Below, in pieces: positions 63,952 to 64,000 of a stretch of DNA of 64,000 nt (positions are counted from its first letter, which is position 1; each line of letters starts with the position of its first letter). Both the position numbers and the translations under genes were made by a program. The stretch covers positions 74,958,001-75,022,000 of the forward strand of contig OZ320313.1 in NCBI GenBank assembly GCA_976226885.1. The letters run 5' to 3'. Origin of the DNA: Iphione sp. A-MEVVRFRX5. Lineage: Eukaryota. The notes under the pieces are model-generated. The model ran no database searches. It saw only the letters and a program-made list of their open reading frames with translations, and was not told where the DNA came from.

Positions 63952-64000
63952 TACAACACTCGGACGACATCCACGACAGATACGACCTATGGGCTTTCAA
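63831..64000 (+). CDS. pol: Start of pol ORF of element 2 (runs off the window)
   Basis: Open -1 frame MQVKEEGPPTESTRPS...DRYDLWAF, equivalent to MSVQKEGPAAESTRPS...DYFDDWA of element 1. Confidence 0.7.
   Translation, partial: MQVKEEGPPTESTRPSAAQALVEHTAERSTPAAPGSARMVIQHSDDIHDRYDLWAF

Larger units (their letters stand above)
62825..64000 (+). mobile_element. Second Ngaro-type element (related family), 5' part
   Basis: A-like leader sharing GCTACTCCCTAG, GGTATTACGA, CGCCACCTGTTGT and TATATTTAG with element 1; homologous gag; start of pol. The left boundary is approximate. Confidence 0.88.

Overview
AT-rich eukaryotic genomic DNA with GT-AG introns. It is probably from a marine invertebrate (inference only) and is dominated by nested transposons. 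Right end: a structurally complete Ngaro-type tyrosine-recombinase (DIRS-order) retrotransposon (57470-62088; split direct repeats A1..B1-A2-spacer-B2; gag, RT/RNase H, YR). The only clear lesion is a 2-bp TA duplication in the RT YLDD motif. A second, related family starts at about 62825 and runs off the window. Both sit inside one intron-containing piggyBac that starts at 57242. Centre: a three-level nest of a Sola-type DNA transposon (37181-44114, spliced transposase), a piggyBac (37813-40505, TTAA TSD) and a MITE (39690-39903). Left: three decayed CR1/L2-group LINE remnants, PIF/Harbinger-type MITEs, an LTR-like CCAAT/TATA/AATAAA block and several tandem repeats. The only host-gene evidence is a candidate minus-strand signal-peptide exon (49269-49371) and a CpG-rich non-coding exon upstream of it. 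The most interesting inference is that the Ngaro recombinase may be made by splicing the first gag codons to an acceptor just after the pol stop codon. All coordinates were read by eye and no database searches were run.
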